A stretch of DNA of 64,000 nt from Eimeria praecox. Its lineage: Eukaryota. The stretch is taken from NCBI GenBank assembly GCA_963920595.1, contig OY986946.1, positions 4,898,001 to 4,962,000 of the forward strand. The letters are read 5' to 3'. This document shows, one piece after another, positions 39,501 through 55,200 of this stretch; position 1 is the first letter of the stretch, and every line of letters starts with the position of its first letter. The translations under genes were made by a program, and so were the position numbers. The notes beneath the pieces were generated by a model. It worked only from the letters and a program-made list of their open reading frames with translations, was not told the origin of the DNA and ran no database searches.

Positions 39501-42500
39501 GCTCTAGCTCATTGGCTTAATGCCCAAGATTCAGCGCACGGTCTTCTGGAAGCATCGATCGCACAAACATTTGCGCAAACAAATGCAAAAGGAGCTTTGC
39601 ATGAAACCCAATCATGTGTCCCGTCAACGCATGCGCTGCAGCACATGTACTACACATCACCATTAACGCGACACAGTCACTACCCAAGGAAGAAACACTT
39701 CCCAACCTAACACGCCATGCTGCCCACCAAAGAAACACAACTTACTCCTTTCAGAGTGCTTTCGAAATATTACAAGCTGCACACTGTTCTAACAGGCTGC
39801 CCCATCCACTTGGCTCTTGACGCCGTTCCTCCCCAATCAGACTCACGCACCACACTCACTCTACCGCCGCCTCTCATACTACTACAATCCACTACACACT
39901 ACAACAATTACATCCAGCATCAGCACATCCTCCACCACGCCACCCCAACTTCCTCACTTCGCCAGTTGCACACCTCAGGTGCACCGCCGTCCAGACATAA
40001 CCACAACGCCCAAGGAAAATCGCGCACGACCACATACCCAACAGCCTGCCACTAAACATGCAATTCCACGGCGTGTGTCCGCCAGCCCTATTATCAGTAC
40101 TCAACGCACTTCCTCCTATACACAACGACCGGCTCAACAACTCCTCCATCAAAGCCAACCGCTCTCCAGTGTAGCCGAGCCTGCCTGCCCCAAATAATCC
40201 TGGGGCATGCTGCTCTAGCTCATTGGCTTAATGCCCAAGATTCAGCGCACGGTCTTCTGGAAGCATCGATCGCCCAAACATTTGCGCAAACAAATGCAAA
40301 GGAGCTTTGCATGGAACCCAATCATGTGTCCCGTCAACGCATGCGCTGCAGCACATGTACTGCACATCACCATCAACGCGACGCAGTCACTAGCCAAGGA
40401 AGAAAAACTTCCCAACCTAACACGCCATGCTGCCCACCAAAGAAACACAACTTACTCCTTCCACAGTGCTTTCGAAATATTACAGGCTGCACACTGTTCT
40501 AACAGACTGCCCCATCCACCTGGCTCTTGACGCCGTTCCTCCCCAATCAGACTCACGCACCACACTCACTCTACCGCCGCCTCTCATACTACTACAATCC
40601 ACTACACACTACAACAATTACATCCAGCATCAGCACATCCTCCACCACGCCACCCTAAATTCCTCACTTCGCCAGTTGCACACCTCAGGTGCATCACCGT
40701 CCAGACATAACCACAACGCCCAAGGAAAATCGCGCACGACCACATACCCAACAGCCTACCACTAAGCATGCAATTCCACTACGTGTGTCCGCCAGCCCTA
40801 TTATCAGTACTCAACGCACTTTCTCCTATACACAACGACCGGCTCAACAACTCCTCCATCAAAGCCAACCGCTCTCCAGTGTAGCCGAGCCTGCCTGCCC
40901 CAAATAATCCTGGGGCATGCTGCTCTAGCTCATTGGCTTAATGCCCAAGATTCAGCGCACGGTCTTCTGGAAGCATCGATCGCACAAACATTTGCGCAAA
41001 CAAATGCAAAAGGAGCTTTGCATGAAACCCAATCATGTGTCCCGTCAACGCATGCGCTGCAGCACATGTACTACACATCACCATCAACGCGACACAGTCA
41101 CTACCCAAGGAAGAAACACTTCCCAACCTAACACGCCATGCTGCCCACCAAAGAAACACAACTTACTCCTTTCAGAGTGCTTTCGAAATATTACAAGCTG
41201 CACACTGTTCTAACAGACTGCCCCATCCACCTGGCTCTTGACGCCGTTCCTCCCCAATCAGACTCACGCACCACACTCACTCTACCGCCGCCTCTCATAC
41301 TACTACAATCCACTACACACTACAACAATTACATCCAGCATCAGCACATCCTCCACCACGCCACCCCAACTTCCTCACTTCGCCAGTTGCACACCTCAGG
41401 TGCACCGCCGTCCAGACATAACCACAACGCCCAAGGAAAATCGCGCACGACCACATACCCAACAGCCTGCCACTAAACATGCAATTCCACGGCGTGTGTC
41501 CGCCAGCCCTATTATCAGTACTCAACGCACTTCCTCCTATACACAACGACCGGCTCAACAACTCCTCCATCAAAGCCAACCGCTCTCCAGTGTAGCCGAG
41601 CCTGCCTGCCCGAAATAATCCTGGGGCATGCTGCTCTAGCTCATTGGCTTAATGCCCAAGATTCAGCGCACGGTCTTCTGGAAGCATCGATCGCACAAAC
41701 ATTTGCGCAAACAAATGCAAAAGGAGCTTTGCATGAAACCCAATCATGTGTCCCGTCAACGCATGCGCTGCAGCACATGTACTACACATCACCATTAACG
41801 CGACACAGTCACTAGCCAAGGAAGAAACACTTCCCAACCTAACACGCCATGCTGCCCACCAAAGAAACACAACCTACTCCTTCCACAGCGCTTCCGGAAT
41901 ATTACAAGCTGCACACTGTTCTAACAGGCTGCCCCATCCACTTGGCTCTTGACGCCGTTCCTCCCCAATCAGACTCACGCACCACACTCACTCTACCGCC
42001 GCCTCTCATACTACTACAATCCACTACACACTACAACAATTACATCCAGCATCAGCACATCCTCCACCACGCCACCCTAAATTCCTCACTTCGCCAGTTG
42101 CACACCTCAGGTGCATCACCGTCCAGACATAACCACAACGCCCAAGGAAAATCGCGCACGACCACATACCCAACAGCCTACCACTAAACATGCAATTCCA
42201 CGGCGTGCGTCCGCCAGCCCTATTATCAGTTCTCGGCGCACTTCCTCCTATACACAACGACCAGCTCAACAACTCCTCCATCAAAGCCAACCGCTCTCCA
42301 GTGTAGCCGAGCCTGCCTGCCCCAAATAATCCTGGGGCATGCTGCTCTAGCTCATTGGCTTAATGCCCAAGATTCAGCGCACGGTCTTCTGGAAGCATCG
42401 ATCGCACAAACATTTGCGCAAACAAATGCAAAAGGAGCTTTGCATGAAACCCAATCATGTGTCCCGTCAACGCATGCGCTGCAGCACATGTACTACACAT

Positions 42501-44490
42501 CACCATTAACGCGACACAGTCACTACCCAAGGAAGAAACACTTCCCAACCTAACACGCCATGCTGCCCACCAAAGAAACACAACTTACTCCTTTCAGAGT
42601 GCTTTCGAAATATTACAAGCTGCACACTGTTCTAACAGGCTGCCCCATCCACTTGGCTCTTGACGCCGTTCCTCCCCAATCAGACTCACGCACCACACTC
42701 ACTCTACCGCCGCCTCTCATACTACTACAATCCACTACACACTACAACAATTACATCCAGCATCAGCACATCCTCCACCACGCCACCCCAACTTCCTCAC
42801 TTCGCCAGTTGCACACCTCAGGTGCACCGCCGTCCAGACATAACCACAACGCCCAAGGAAAATCGCGCACGACCACATACCCAACAGCCTGCCACTAAAC
42901 ATGCAATTCCACGGCGTGTGTCCGCCAGCCCTATTATCAGTACTCAACGCACTTCCTCCTATACACAACGACCGGCTCAACAACTCCTCCATCAAAGCCA
43001 ACCGCTCTCCAGTGTAGCCGAGCCTGCCTGCCCCAAATAATCCTGGGGCATGCTGCTCTAGCTCATTGGCTTAATGCCCAAGATTCAGCGCACGGTCTTC
43101 TGGAAGCATCGATCGCCCAAACATTTGCGCAAACAAATGCAAAGGAGCTTTGCATGGAACCCAATCATGTGTCCCGTCAACGCATGCGCTGCAGCACATG
43201 TACTGCACATCACCATCAACGCGACGCAGTCACTAGCCAAGGAAGAAAAACTTCCCAACCTAACACGCCATGCTGCCCACCAAAGAAACACAACTTACTC
43301 CTTCCACAGTGCTTTCGAAATATTACAGGCTGCACACTGTTCTAACAGACTGCCCCATCCACCTGGCTCTTGACGCCGTTCCTCCCCAATCAGACTCACG
43401 CACCACACTCACTCTACCGCCGCCTCTCATACTACTACAATCCACTACACACTACAACAATTACATCCAGCATCAGCACATCCTCCACCACGCCACCCTA
43501 AATTCCTCACTTCGCCAGTTGCACACCTCAGGTGCATCACCGTCCAGACATAACCACAACGCCCAAGGAAAATCGCGCACGACCACATACCCAACAGCCT
43601 ACCACTAAGCATGCAATTCCACTACGTGTGTCCGCCAGCCCTATTATCAGTACTCAACGCACTTTCTCCTATACACAACGACCGGCTCAACAACTCCTCC
43701 ATCAAAGCCAACCGCTCTCCAGTGTAGCCGAGCCTGCCTGCCCCAAATAATCCTGGGGCATGCTGCTCTAGCTCATTGGCTTAATGCCCAAGATTCAGCG
43801 CACGGTCTTCTGGAAGCATCGATCGCACAAACATTTGCGCAAACAAATGCAAAAGGAGCTTTGCATGAAACCCAATCATGTGTCCCGTCAACGCATGCGC
43901 TGCAGCACATGTACTACACATCACCATCAACGCGACACAGTCACTACCCAAGGAAGAAACACTTCCCAACCTAACACGCCATGCTGCCCACCAAAGAAAC
44001 ACAACTTACTCCTTTCAGAGTGCTTTCGAAATATTACAAGCTGCACACTGTTCTAACAGACTGCCCCATCCACCTGGCTCTTGACGCCGTTCCTCCCCAA
44101 TCAGACTCACGCACCACACTCACTCTACCGCCGCCTCTCATACTACTACAATCCACTACACACTACAACAATTACATCCAGCATCAGCACATCCTCCACC
44201 ACGCCACCCCAACTTCCTCACTTCGCCAGTTGCACACCTCAGGTGCACCGCCGTCCAGACATAACCACAACGCCCAAGGAAAATCGCGCACGACCACATA
44301 CCCAACAGCCTGCCACTAAACATGCAATTCCACGGCGTGTGTCCGCCAGCCCTATTATCAGTACTCAACGCACTTCCTCCTATACACAACGACCGGCTCA
44401 ACAACTCCTCCATCAAAGCCAACCGCTCTCCAGTGTAGCCGAGCCTGCCTGCCCCAAATAATCCTGGGGCATGCTGCTCTAGCTCATTGG
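38800..44490. repeat. 4-monomer higher-order repeat (2,843 bp), two copies
   Basis: ORF variants at 38,903/39,614/40,231/41,035 recur unchanged at 41,746/42,457/43,074/43,878 (offset 2,843). Confidence 0.88.
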
Positions 44491-47400
44491 CTTAATGCCC
44501 AAGATTCAGCGCACGGTCTTCTGGAAGCATCGATCGCCCAAACATTTGCGCAAACAAATGCAAAGGAGCTTTGCATGGAACCCAATCATGTGTCCCGTCA
44601 ACGCATGCGCTGCAGCACATGTACTGCACATCACCATCAACGCGACGCAGTCACTAGCCAAGGAAGAAAAACTTCCCAACCTAACACGCCATGCTGCCCA
44701 CCAAAGAAACACAACTTACTCCTTCCACAGTGCTTTCGAAATATTACAGGCTGCACACTGTTCTAACAGACTGCCCCATCCACCTGGCTCTTGACGCCGT
44801 TCCTCCCCAATCAGACTCACGCACCACACTCACTCTACCGCCGCCTCTCATACTACTACAATCCACTACACACTACAACAATTACATCCAGCATCAGCAC
44901 ATCCTCCACCACGCCACCCCAACTTCCTCACTTCGCCAGTTGCACACCTCAGGTGCACCGCCGTCCAGACATAACCACAACGCCCAAGGAAAATCGCGCA
45001 CGACCACATACCCAACAGCCTGCCACTAAACATGCAATTCCACGGCGTGTGTCCGCCAGCCCTATTATCAGTACTCAACGCACTTCCTCCTATACACAAC
45101 GACCGGCTCAACAACTCCTCCATCAAAGCCAACCGCTCTCCAGTGTAGCCGAGCCTGCCTGCCCCAAATAATCCTGGGGCATGCTGCTCTAGCTCATTGG
45201 CTTAATGCCCAAGATTCAGCGCACGGTCTTCTGGAAGCATCGATCGCCCAAACATTTGCGCAAACAAATGCAAAGGAGCTTTGCATGAAACCCAATCATG
45301 TGTCCCGTCAACGCATGCGCTGCAGCACATGTACTGCACATCACCATCAACGCGACGCAGTCACTAGCCAAGGAAGAAAAACTTCCCAACCTAACACGCC
45401 ATGCTGCCCACCAAAGAAACACAACTTACTCCTTCCACAGTGCTTTCGAAATATTACAGGCTGCACACTGTTCTAACAGACTGCCCCATCCACCTGGCTC
45501 TTGACGCCGTTCCTCCCCAATCAGACTCACGCACCACACTCACTCTACCGCCGCCTCTCATACTACTACAATCCACTACACACTACAACAATTACATCCA
45601 GCATCAGCACATCCTCCACCACGCCACCCTAAATTCCTCACTTCGCCAGTTGCACACCTCAGGTGCATCACCGTCCAGACATAACCACAACGCCCAAGGA
45701 AAATCGCGCACGACCACATACCCAACAGCCTACCACTAAACATGCAATTCCACGGCGTGCGTCCGCCAGCCCTATTATCAGTTCTCGGCGCACTTCCTCC
45801 TATACACAACGACCAGCTCAACAACTCTTCCATCAAAGCCAACCGCTCTCCAGTGTAGCCGAGCCTGCCTGCCCCAAATAATCCTGGGGCATGCTGCTCT
45901 AGCTCATTGGCTTAATGCCCAAGATTCAGCGCACGGTCTTCTGGAAGCATCGATCGCACAAACATTTGCGCAAACAAATGCAAAAGGAGCTTTGCATGAA
46001 ACCCAATCATGTGTCCCGTCAACGCATGCGCTGCAGCACATGTACTACACATCACCATTAACGCGACACAGTCACTAGCCAAGGAAGAAACACTTCCCAA
46101 CCTAACACGCCATGCTGCCCACCAAAGAAACACAACTTACTCCTTTCAGAGTGCTTTCGAAATATTACAAGCTGCACACTGTTCTAACAGACTGCCCCAT
46201 CCACTTGGCTCTTGACGCCGTTCCTCCCCAATCAGACTCACGCACCACACTCACTCTACCGCCGCCTCTCATACTACTACAATCCACTACACACTACAAC
46301 AATTACATCCAGCATCAGCACATCCTCCACCACGCCACCCCAACTTCCTCACTTCGCCAGTTGCACACCTCAGGTGCACCGCCGTCCAGACATAACCACA
46401 ACGCCCAAGGAAAATCGCGCACGACCACATACCCAACAGCCTGCCACTAAACATGCAATTCCACGGCGTGTGTCCGCCAGCCCTATTATCAGTACTCAAC
46501 GCACTTCCTCCTATACACAACGACCGGCTCAACAACTCCTCCATCAAAGCCAACCGCTCTCCAGTGTAGCCGAGCCTGCCTGCCCCAAATAATCCTGGGG
46601 CATGCTGCTCTAGCTCATTGGCTTAATGCCCAAGATTCAGCGCACGGTCTTCTGGAAGCATCGATCGCCCAAACATTTGCGCAAACAAATGCAAAGGAGC
46701 TTTGCATGGAACCCAATCATGTGTCCCGTCAACGCATGCGCTGCAGCACATGTACTGCACATCACCATCAACGCGACGCAGTCACTAGCCAAGGAAGAAA
46801 AACTTCCCAACCTAACACGCCATGCTGCCCACCAAAGAAACACAACTTACTCCTTCCACAGTGCTTTCGAAATATTACAGGCTGCACACTGTTCTAACAG
46901 ACTGCCCCATCCACCTGGCTCTTGACGCCGTTCCTCCCCAATCAGACTCACGCACCACACTCACTCTACCGCCGCCTCTCATACTACTACAATCCACTAC
47001 ACACTACAACAATTACATCCAGCATCAGCACATCCTCCACCACGCCACCCTAAATTCCTCACTTCGCCAGTTGCACACCTCAGGTGCATCACCGTCCAGA
47101 CATAACCACAACGCCCAAGGAAAATCGCGCACGACCACATACCCAACAGCCTACCACTAAACATGCAATTCCACGGCGTGTGTCCGCCATCCCTATTATC
47201 AGTACTCAACGCACTTTCTCCTATACACAACGACCGGCTCAACAACTCTTCCATCAAAGTCAACCGCTCTCCAGTGTAGCCGAGCCTGCCTGCCCCAAAT
47301 AATCCTGGGGCATGCTGCTCTAGCTCACTGGCTTAATGCCCAAGATTCAGCGCACGGTCTTCTGGAAGCATCGATCGCACAAACATTTGCGCAAACAAAT

Positions 47401-50400
47401 GCAAAAGGAGCTTTGCATGAAACCCAATCATGTGTCCCGTCAACGCATGCGCTGCAGCACATGTACTACACATCACCATTAACGCGACACAGTCACTAAC
47501 CAAGGAAGAAACACTTCCCAACCTAACACGCCATGCTGCCCACCAAAGAAACACAACCTACTCCTTCCACAGCGCTTCCGAAATATTACAAGCTGCACAC
47601 TGTTCTAACAGGCTGCCCCATCCACTTGGCTCTTGACGCCGTTCCTCCCCAATCAGACTCACGCACCACACTCACTCTACCGCCGCCTCTCATACTACTA
47701 CAATCCACTACACACTACAACAATTACATCCAGCATCAGCACATCCTCCACCACGCCACCCTAAATTCCTCACTTCGCCAGTTGCACACCTCAGGTGCAT
47801 CACCGTCCAGACATAACCACAACGCCCAAGGAAAATCGCGCACGACCACATACCCAACAGCCTACCACTAAACATGCAATTCCACTACGTGTGTCCGCCA
47901 GCCCTATTATCAGTACTCAACGCACTTTCTCCTATACACAACGACCGGCTCAACAACTCCTCCATCAAAGCCAACCGCTCTCCAGTGTAGCCGAGCCTGC
48001 CTGCCCCAAATAATCCTGGGGCATGCTGCTCTAGCTCATTGGCTTAATGCCCAAGATTCAGCGTACGGTCTTCTGGAAGCATCGATCGCACAAACATTTG
48101 CGCAAACAAATGCAAAAGGAGCTTTGCATGAAACCCAATCATGTGTCCCGTCAACGCATGCGCTGCAGCACATGTACTACACATCACCATTAACGCGACA
48201 CAGTCACTACCCAAGGAAGAAACACTTCCCAACCTAACACGCCATGCTGCCCACCAAAGAAACACAACCTACTCCTTCCACAGCGCTTTCGAAATATTAC
48301 AAGCTGCACACTGTTCTAACAGGCTGCCCCATCCACTTGGCTCTTGACGCCGTTCCTCCCCAATCAGACTCACGCACCACACTCACTCTACCGCCGCCTC
48401 TCATACTACTACAATCCACTACACACTACAACAATTACATCCAGCATCAGCACATCCTCCACCACGCCACCCCAACTTCCTCACTTCGCCAGTTGCACAC
48501 CTCAGGTGCACCGCCGTCCAGACATAACCACAACGCCCAAGGAAAATCGCGCACGACCACATACCCAACAGCCTGCCACTAAACATGCAATTCCACGGCG
48601 TGTGTCCGCCAGCCCTATTATCAGTACTCAACGCACTTCCTCCTATACACAACGACCGGCTCAACAACTCCTCCATCAAAGCCAACCGCTCTCCAGTGTA
48701 GCCGAGCCTGCCTGCCCCAAATAATCCTGGGGCATGCTGCTCTAGCTCATTGGCTTAATGCCCAAGATTCAGCGCACGGTCTTCTGGAAGCATCGATCGC
48801 CCAAACATTTGCGCAAACAAATGCAAAGGAGCTTTGCATGAAACCCAATCATGTGTCCCGTCAACGCATGCGCTGCAGCACATGTACTGCACATCACCAT
48901 CAACGCGACGCAGTCACTACCCAAGGAAGAAAAACTTCCCAACCTAACACGCCATGCTGCCCACCAAAGAAACACAACTTACTCCTTTCACAGTGCTTTC
49001 GAAATATTACAAGCTGCACACTGTTCTAACAGACTGCCCCATCCACCTGGCTCTTGACGCCGTTCCTCCCCAATCAGACTCACGCACCACACTCACTCTA
49101 CCGCCGCCTCTCATACTACTACAATCCACTACACACTACAACAATTACATCCAGCATCAGCACATCCTCCACCACGCCACCCTAAATTCCTCACTTCGCC
49201 AGTTGCACACCTCAGGTGCATCACCGTCCAGACATAACCACAACGCCCAAGGAAAATCGCGCACGACCACATACCCAACAGCCTACCACTAAACATGCAA
49301 TTCCACGGCGTGTGTCCGCCATCCCTATTATCAGTACTCAACGCACTTTCTCCTATACACAACGACCGGCTCAACAACTCTTCCATCAAAGTCAACCGCT
49401 CTCCAGTGTAGCTGAGCCTGCCTGCCCCAAATAATCCTGGGGCATGCTGCTCTAGCTCACTGGCTTAATGCCCAAGATTCAGCGCACGGTCTTCTGGAAG
49501 CATCGATCGCACAAACATTTGCGCAAACAAATGCAAAAGGAGCTTTGCATGAAACCCAATCATGTGTCCCGTCAACGCATGCGCTGCAGCACATGTACTA
49601 CACATCACCATTAACGCGACACAGTCACTACCCAAGGAAGAAACACTTCCCAACCTAACACGCCATGCAGCCCACCAAAGAAACACAACCTACTCCTTCC
49701 ACAGCGCTTTCGAAATATTACAAGCTGCACACTGTTCTAACAGGCTGCCCCATCCACTTGGCTCTTGACGCCGTTCCTCCCCAATCAGACTCACGCACCA
49801 CACTCACTCTACCGCCGCCTCTCATACTACTACAATCCACTACACACTACAACAATTACATCCAGCATCAGCACATCCTCCACCACGCCACCCCAACTTC
49901 CTCACTTCGCCAGTTGCACACCTCAGGTGCACCGCCGTCCAGACATAACCACAACGCCCAAGGAAAATCGCGCACGACCACATACCCAACAGCCTGCCAC
50001 TAAGCATGCAATTCCACGGCGTGTGTCCGCCATCCCTATTATCAGTACTCAACGCACTTTCTCCTATACACAACGACCGGCTCAACAACTCTTCCATCAA
50101 AGCCAACCGCTCTCCAGTGTAGCCGAGCCTGCCTGCCCCAAATAATCCTGGGGCATGCTGCTCTAGCTCATTGGCTTAATGCCCAAGATTCAGCGCATGG
50201 TCTTCTGGAAGCATCGATCGCACAAACATTTGCGCAAACAAATGCAAAGGAGCTTTGCATGAAACCCAATCATGTGTCCCGTCAACGCATGCGCTGCAGC
50301 ACATGTACTGCACATCACCATCAACGCGACGCAGTCACTACCCAAGGAAGAAAAACTTCCCAACCTAACACGCCATGCTGCCCACCAAAGAAACACAACT

Positions 50401-52289
50401 TACTCCTTTCACAGTGCTTTCGAAATATTACAAGCTGCACACTGTTCTAACAGGCTGCCCCATCCACCTGGCTCTTGACGCCGTTCCTCCCCAATCAGAC
50501 TCACGCACCACACTCACTCTACCGCCGCCTCTCATACTACTACAATCCACTACACACTACAACAATTACATCCAGCATCAGCACATCCTCCACCACGCCA
50601 CCCCAACTTCCTCACTTCGCCAGTTGCACACCTCAGGTGCACCGCCGTCCAGACATAACCACAACGCCCAAGGAAAATCGCGCACGACCACATACCCAAC
50701 AGCCTGCCACTAAACATGCAATTCCACGGCGTGCGTCCGCCAGCCCTATTATCAGTACTCAGCGCACTTTCTCCTATACACAACGATCGGCTCAACAACT
50801 CCTCCATCAAAGCCAACCGCTCTCCAGTGTAGCCGAGCCTGCCTGCCCCAAATAATCCTGGGGCATGCTGCTCTAGCTCATTGGCTTAATGCCCAAGATT
50901 CAGCGTACGGTCTTCTGGAAGCATCGATCGCACAAACATTTGCGCAAACAAATGCAAAAGGAGCTTTGCATGAAACCCAATCATGTGTCCCGTCAACGCA
51001 TGCGCTGCAGCACATGTACTACACATCACCATCAACGCGACACAGTCACTACCCAAGGAAGAAAAACTTCCCAACCTAACACGCCATGCTGCCCACCAAA
51101 GAAACACAACTTACTCCTTTCACAGTGCTTTCGAAATATTACAAGCTGCACACTGTTCTAACAGACTGCCCCATCCACTTGGCTCTTGACGCCGTTCCTC
51201 CCCAATCAGACTCACGCACCACACTCACTCTACCGCCGCCTCTCATACTACTACAATCCACTACACACTACAACAATTACATCCAGCATCAGCACATCCT
51301 CCACCACGCCACCCTAAATTCCTCACTTCGCCAGTTGCACACCTCAGGTGCATCACCGTCCAGACATAACCACAACGCCCAAGGAAAATCGCGCACGACC
51401 ACATACCCAACAGCCTACCACTAAACATGCAATTCCACGGCGTGTGTCCGCCAGCCCTATTATCAGTACTCAACGCACTTCCTCCTATACACAACGACCG
51501 GCTCAACAACTCCTCCATCAAAGCCAACCGCTCTCCAGTGTAGCCGAGCCTGCCTGCCCCAAATAATCCTGGGGCATGCTGCTCTAGCTCATTGGCTTAA
51601 TGCCCAAGATTCAGCGTACGGTCTTCTGGAAGCATCGATCGCACAAACATTTGCGCAAAGGAGCTTTGCATGAAACCCAATCATGTGTCCCGTCAACGCA
51701 TGCGCTGCAGCACATGTACTACACATCACCATCAACGCGACGCAGTCACTAGCCAAGGAAGAAAAACTTCCCAACCTAACACGCCATGCTGCCCACCAAA
51801 GAAACACAACTTACTCCTTTCACAGTGCTTTCGAAATATTACAAGCTGCACACTGTTCTAACAGACTGCCCCATCCACTTGGCTCTTGACGCCGTTCCTC
51901 CCCAATCAGACTCACGCACCACACTCACTCTACCGCCGCCTCTCATACTACTACAATCCACTACACACTACAACAATTACATCCAGCATCAGCACATCCT
52001 CCACCACGCCACCCTAAATTCCTCACTTCGCCAGTTGCACACCTCAGGTGCATCACCGTCCAGACATAACCACAACGCCCAAGGAAAATCGCGCACGACC
52101 ACATACCCAACAGCCTGCCACTAAACATGCAATTCCACGGCGTGTGTCCGCCAGCCCTATTATCAGTACTCAACGCACTTTCTCCTATACACAACGACCG
52201 GCTCAACAACTCCTCCATCAAAGCCAACCGCTCTCCAGTGTAGCCGAGCCTGCCTGCCCCAAATAATCCTGGGGCATGCTGCTCTAGCT

Positions 52290-55200
52290 CATTGGCTTAA
52301 TGCCCAAGATTCAGCGTACGGTCTTCTGGAAGCATCGATCGCACAAACATTTGCGCAAAGGAGCTTTGCATGGAACCCAATCATGTGTCCCGTCAACGCA
52401 TGCGCTGCAGCACATGTACTACACATCACCATCAACGCGACGCAGTCACTAGCCAAGGAAGAAAAACTTCCCAACCTAACACGCCATGCTGCCCACCAAA
52501 GAAACACAACTTACTCCTTTCACAGTGCTTTCGAAATATTACAAGCTGCACACTGTTCTAACAGACTGCCCCATCCACTTGGCTCTTGACGCCGTTCCTC
52601 CCCAATCAGACTCACGCACCACACTCACTCTACCGCCGCCTCTCATACTACTACAATCCACTACACACTACAACAATTACATCCAGCATCAGCACATCCT
52701 CCACCACGCCACCCTAAATTCCTCACTTCGCCAGTTGCACACCTCAGGTGCATCACCGTCCAGACATAACCACAACGCCCAAGGAAAATCGCGCACGACC
52801 ACATACCCAACAGCCTACCACTAAACATGCAATTCCACGGCGTGTGTCCGCCAGCCCTATTATCAGTACTCAACGCACTTCCTCCTATACACAACGACCG
52901 GCTCAACAACTCCTCCATCAAAGCCAACCGCTCTCCAGTGTAGCCGAGCCTGCCTGCCCCAAATAATCCTGGGGCATGCTGCTCTAGCTCATTGGCTTAA
53001 TGCCCAACATTCAGCGCACGGTCTTCTGGAAGCATCGATCGCACAAACATTTGCGCAAACAAATGCAAAAGGAGCTTTGCATGAAACCCAATCATGTGTC
53101 CCGTCAACGCATGCGCTGCAGCACATGTACTACACATCACCATCAACGCGACACAGTCACTACCCAAGGAAGAAAAACTTCCCAACCTAACACGCCATGC
53201 TGCCCACCAAAGAAACACAACTTACTCCTTTCACAGTGCTTTCGAAATATTACAAGCTGCACACTGTTCTAACAGACTGCCCCATCCACTTGGCTCTTGA
53301 CGCCGTTCCTCCCCAATCAGACTCACGCACCACACTCACTCTACCGCCGCCTCTCATACTACTACAATCCACTACACACTACAACAATTACATCCAGCAT
53401 CAGCACATCCTCCACCACGCCACCCCAACTTCCTCACTTCGCCAGTTGCACACCTCAGGTGCACCGCCGTCCAGACATAACTACAACGCCCAAGGAAAAT
53501 CGCGCACGACCACATACCCAACAGCCTACCACTAAACATGCAATTCCACGGCGTGTGTCCGCCAGCCCTATTATCAGTACTCAACGCACTTCCTCCTATA
53601 CACAACGACCGGCTCAACAACTCCTCCATCAAAGCCAACCGCTCTCCAGTGTAGCCGAGCCTGCCTGCCCAAAATAATCCTGGGGCATGCTGCTCTAGCT
53701 CATTGGCTTAATGCCCAAGATTCAGCGTACGGTCTTCTGGAAGCATCGATCGCACAAACATTTGCGCAAACAAATGCAAAAGGAGCTTTGCATGAAACCC
53801 AATCATGTGTCCCGTCAACGCATGCGCTGCAGCACATGTACTACACATCACCATCAACGCGACACAGTCACTACCCAAGGAAGAAACACTTCCCAACCTA
53901 ACACGCCATGCTGCCCACCAAAGAAACACAACTTACTCCTTTCACAGTGCTTTCGAAATATTACAAGCTGCACACTGTTCTAACAGACTGCCCCATCCAC
54001 CTGGCTCTTGACGCCGTTCCTCCCCAATCAGACTCACGCACCACACTCACTCTACCGCCGCCTCTCATACTACTACAATCCACTACACACTACAACAATT
54101 ACATCCAGCATCAGCACATCCTCCACCACGCCACCCCAACTTCCTCACTTCGCCAGTTGCACACCTCAGGTGCACCGCCGTCCAGACATAACCACAACGC
54201 CCAAGGAAAATCGCGCACGACCACATACCCAACAGCCTACCACTAAACATGCAATTCCACGGCGTGTGTCCGCCAGCCCTATTATCAGTACTCAACGCAC
54301 TTTCTCCTATACACAACGACCGGCTCAACAACTCCTCCATCAAAGCCAACCGCTCTCCAGTGTAGCCGAGCCTGCCTGCCCCAAATAATCCTGGGGCATG
54401 CTGCTCTAGCTCATTGGCTTAATGCCCAAGATTCAGCGTACGGTCTTCTGGAAGCATCGATCGCACAAACATTTGCGCAAAGGAGCTTTGCATGGAACCC
54501 AATCATGTGTCCCGTCAACGCATGCGCTGCAGCACATGTACTACACATCACCATCAACGCGACGCAGTCACTAGCCAAGGAAGAAAAACTTCCCAACCTA
54601 ACACGCCATGCTGCCCACCAAAGAAACACAACTTACTCCTTTCACAGTGCTTTCGAAATATTACAAGCTGCACACTGTTCTAACAGACTGCCCCATCCAC
54701 TTGGCTCTTGACGCCGTTCCTCCCCAATCAGACTCACGCACCACACTCACTCTACCGCCGCCTCTCATACTACTACAATCCACTACACACTACAACAATT
54801 ACATCCAGCATCAGCACATCCTCCACCACGCCACCCTAAATTCCTCACTTCGCCAGTTGCACACCTCAGGTGCATCACCGTCCAGACATAACCACAACGC
54901 CCAAGGAAAATCGCGCACGACCACATACCCAACAGCCTACCACTAAACATGCAATTCCACGGCGTGTGTCCGCCAGCCCTATTATCAGTACTCAACGCAC
55001 TTCCTCCTATACACAACGACCGGCTCAACAACTCCTCCATCAAAGCCAACCGCTCTCCAGTGTAGCCGAGCCTGCCTGCCCCAAATAATCCTGGGGCATG
55101 CTGCTCTAGCTCATTGGCTTAATGCCCAACATTCAGCGCACGGTCTTCTGGAAGCATCGATCGCACAAACATTTGCGCAAACAAATGCAAAAGGAGCTTT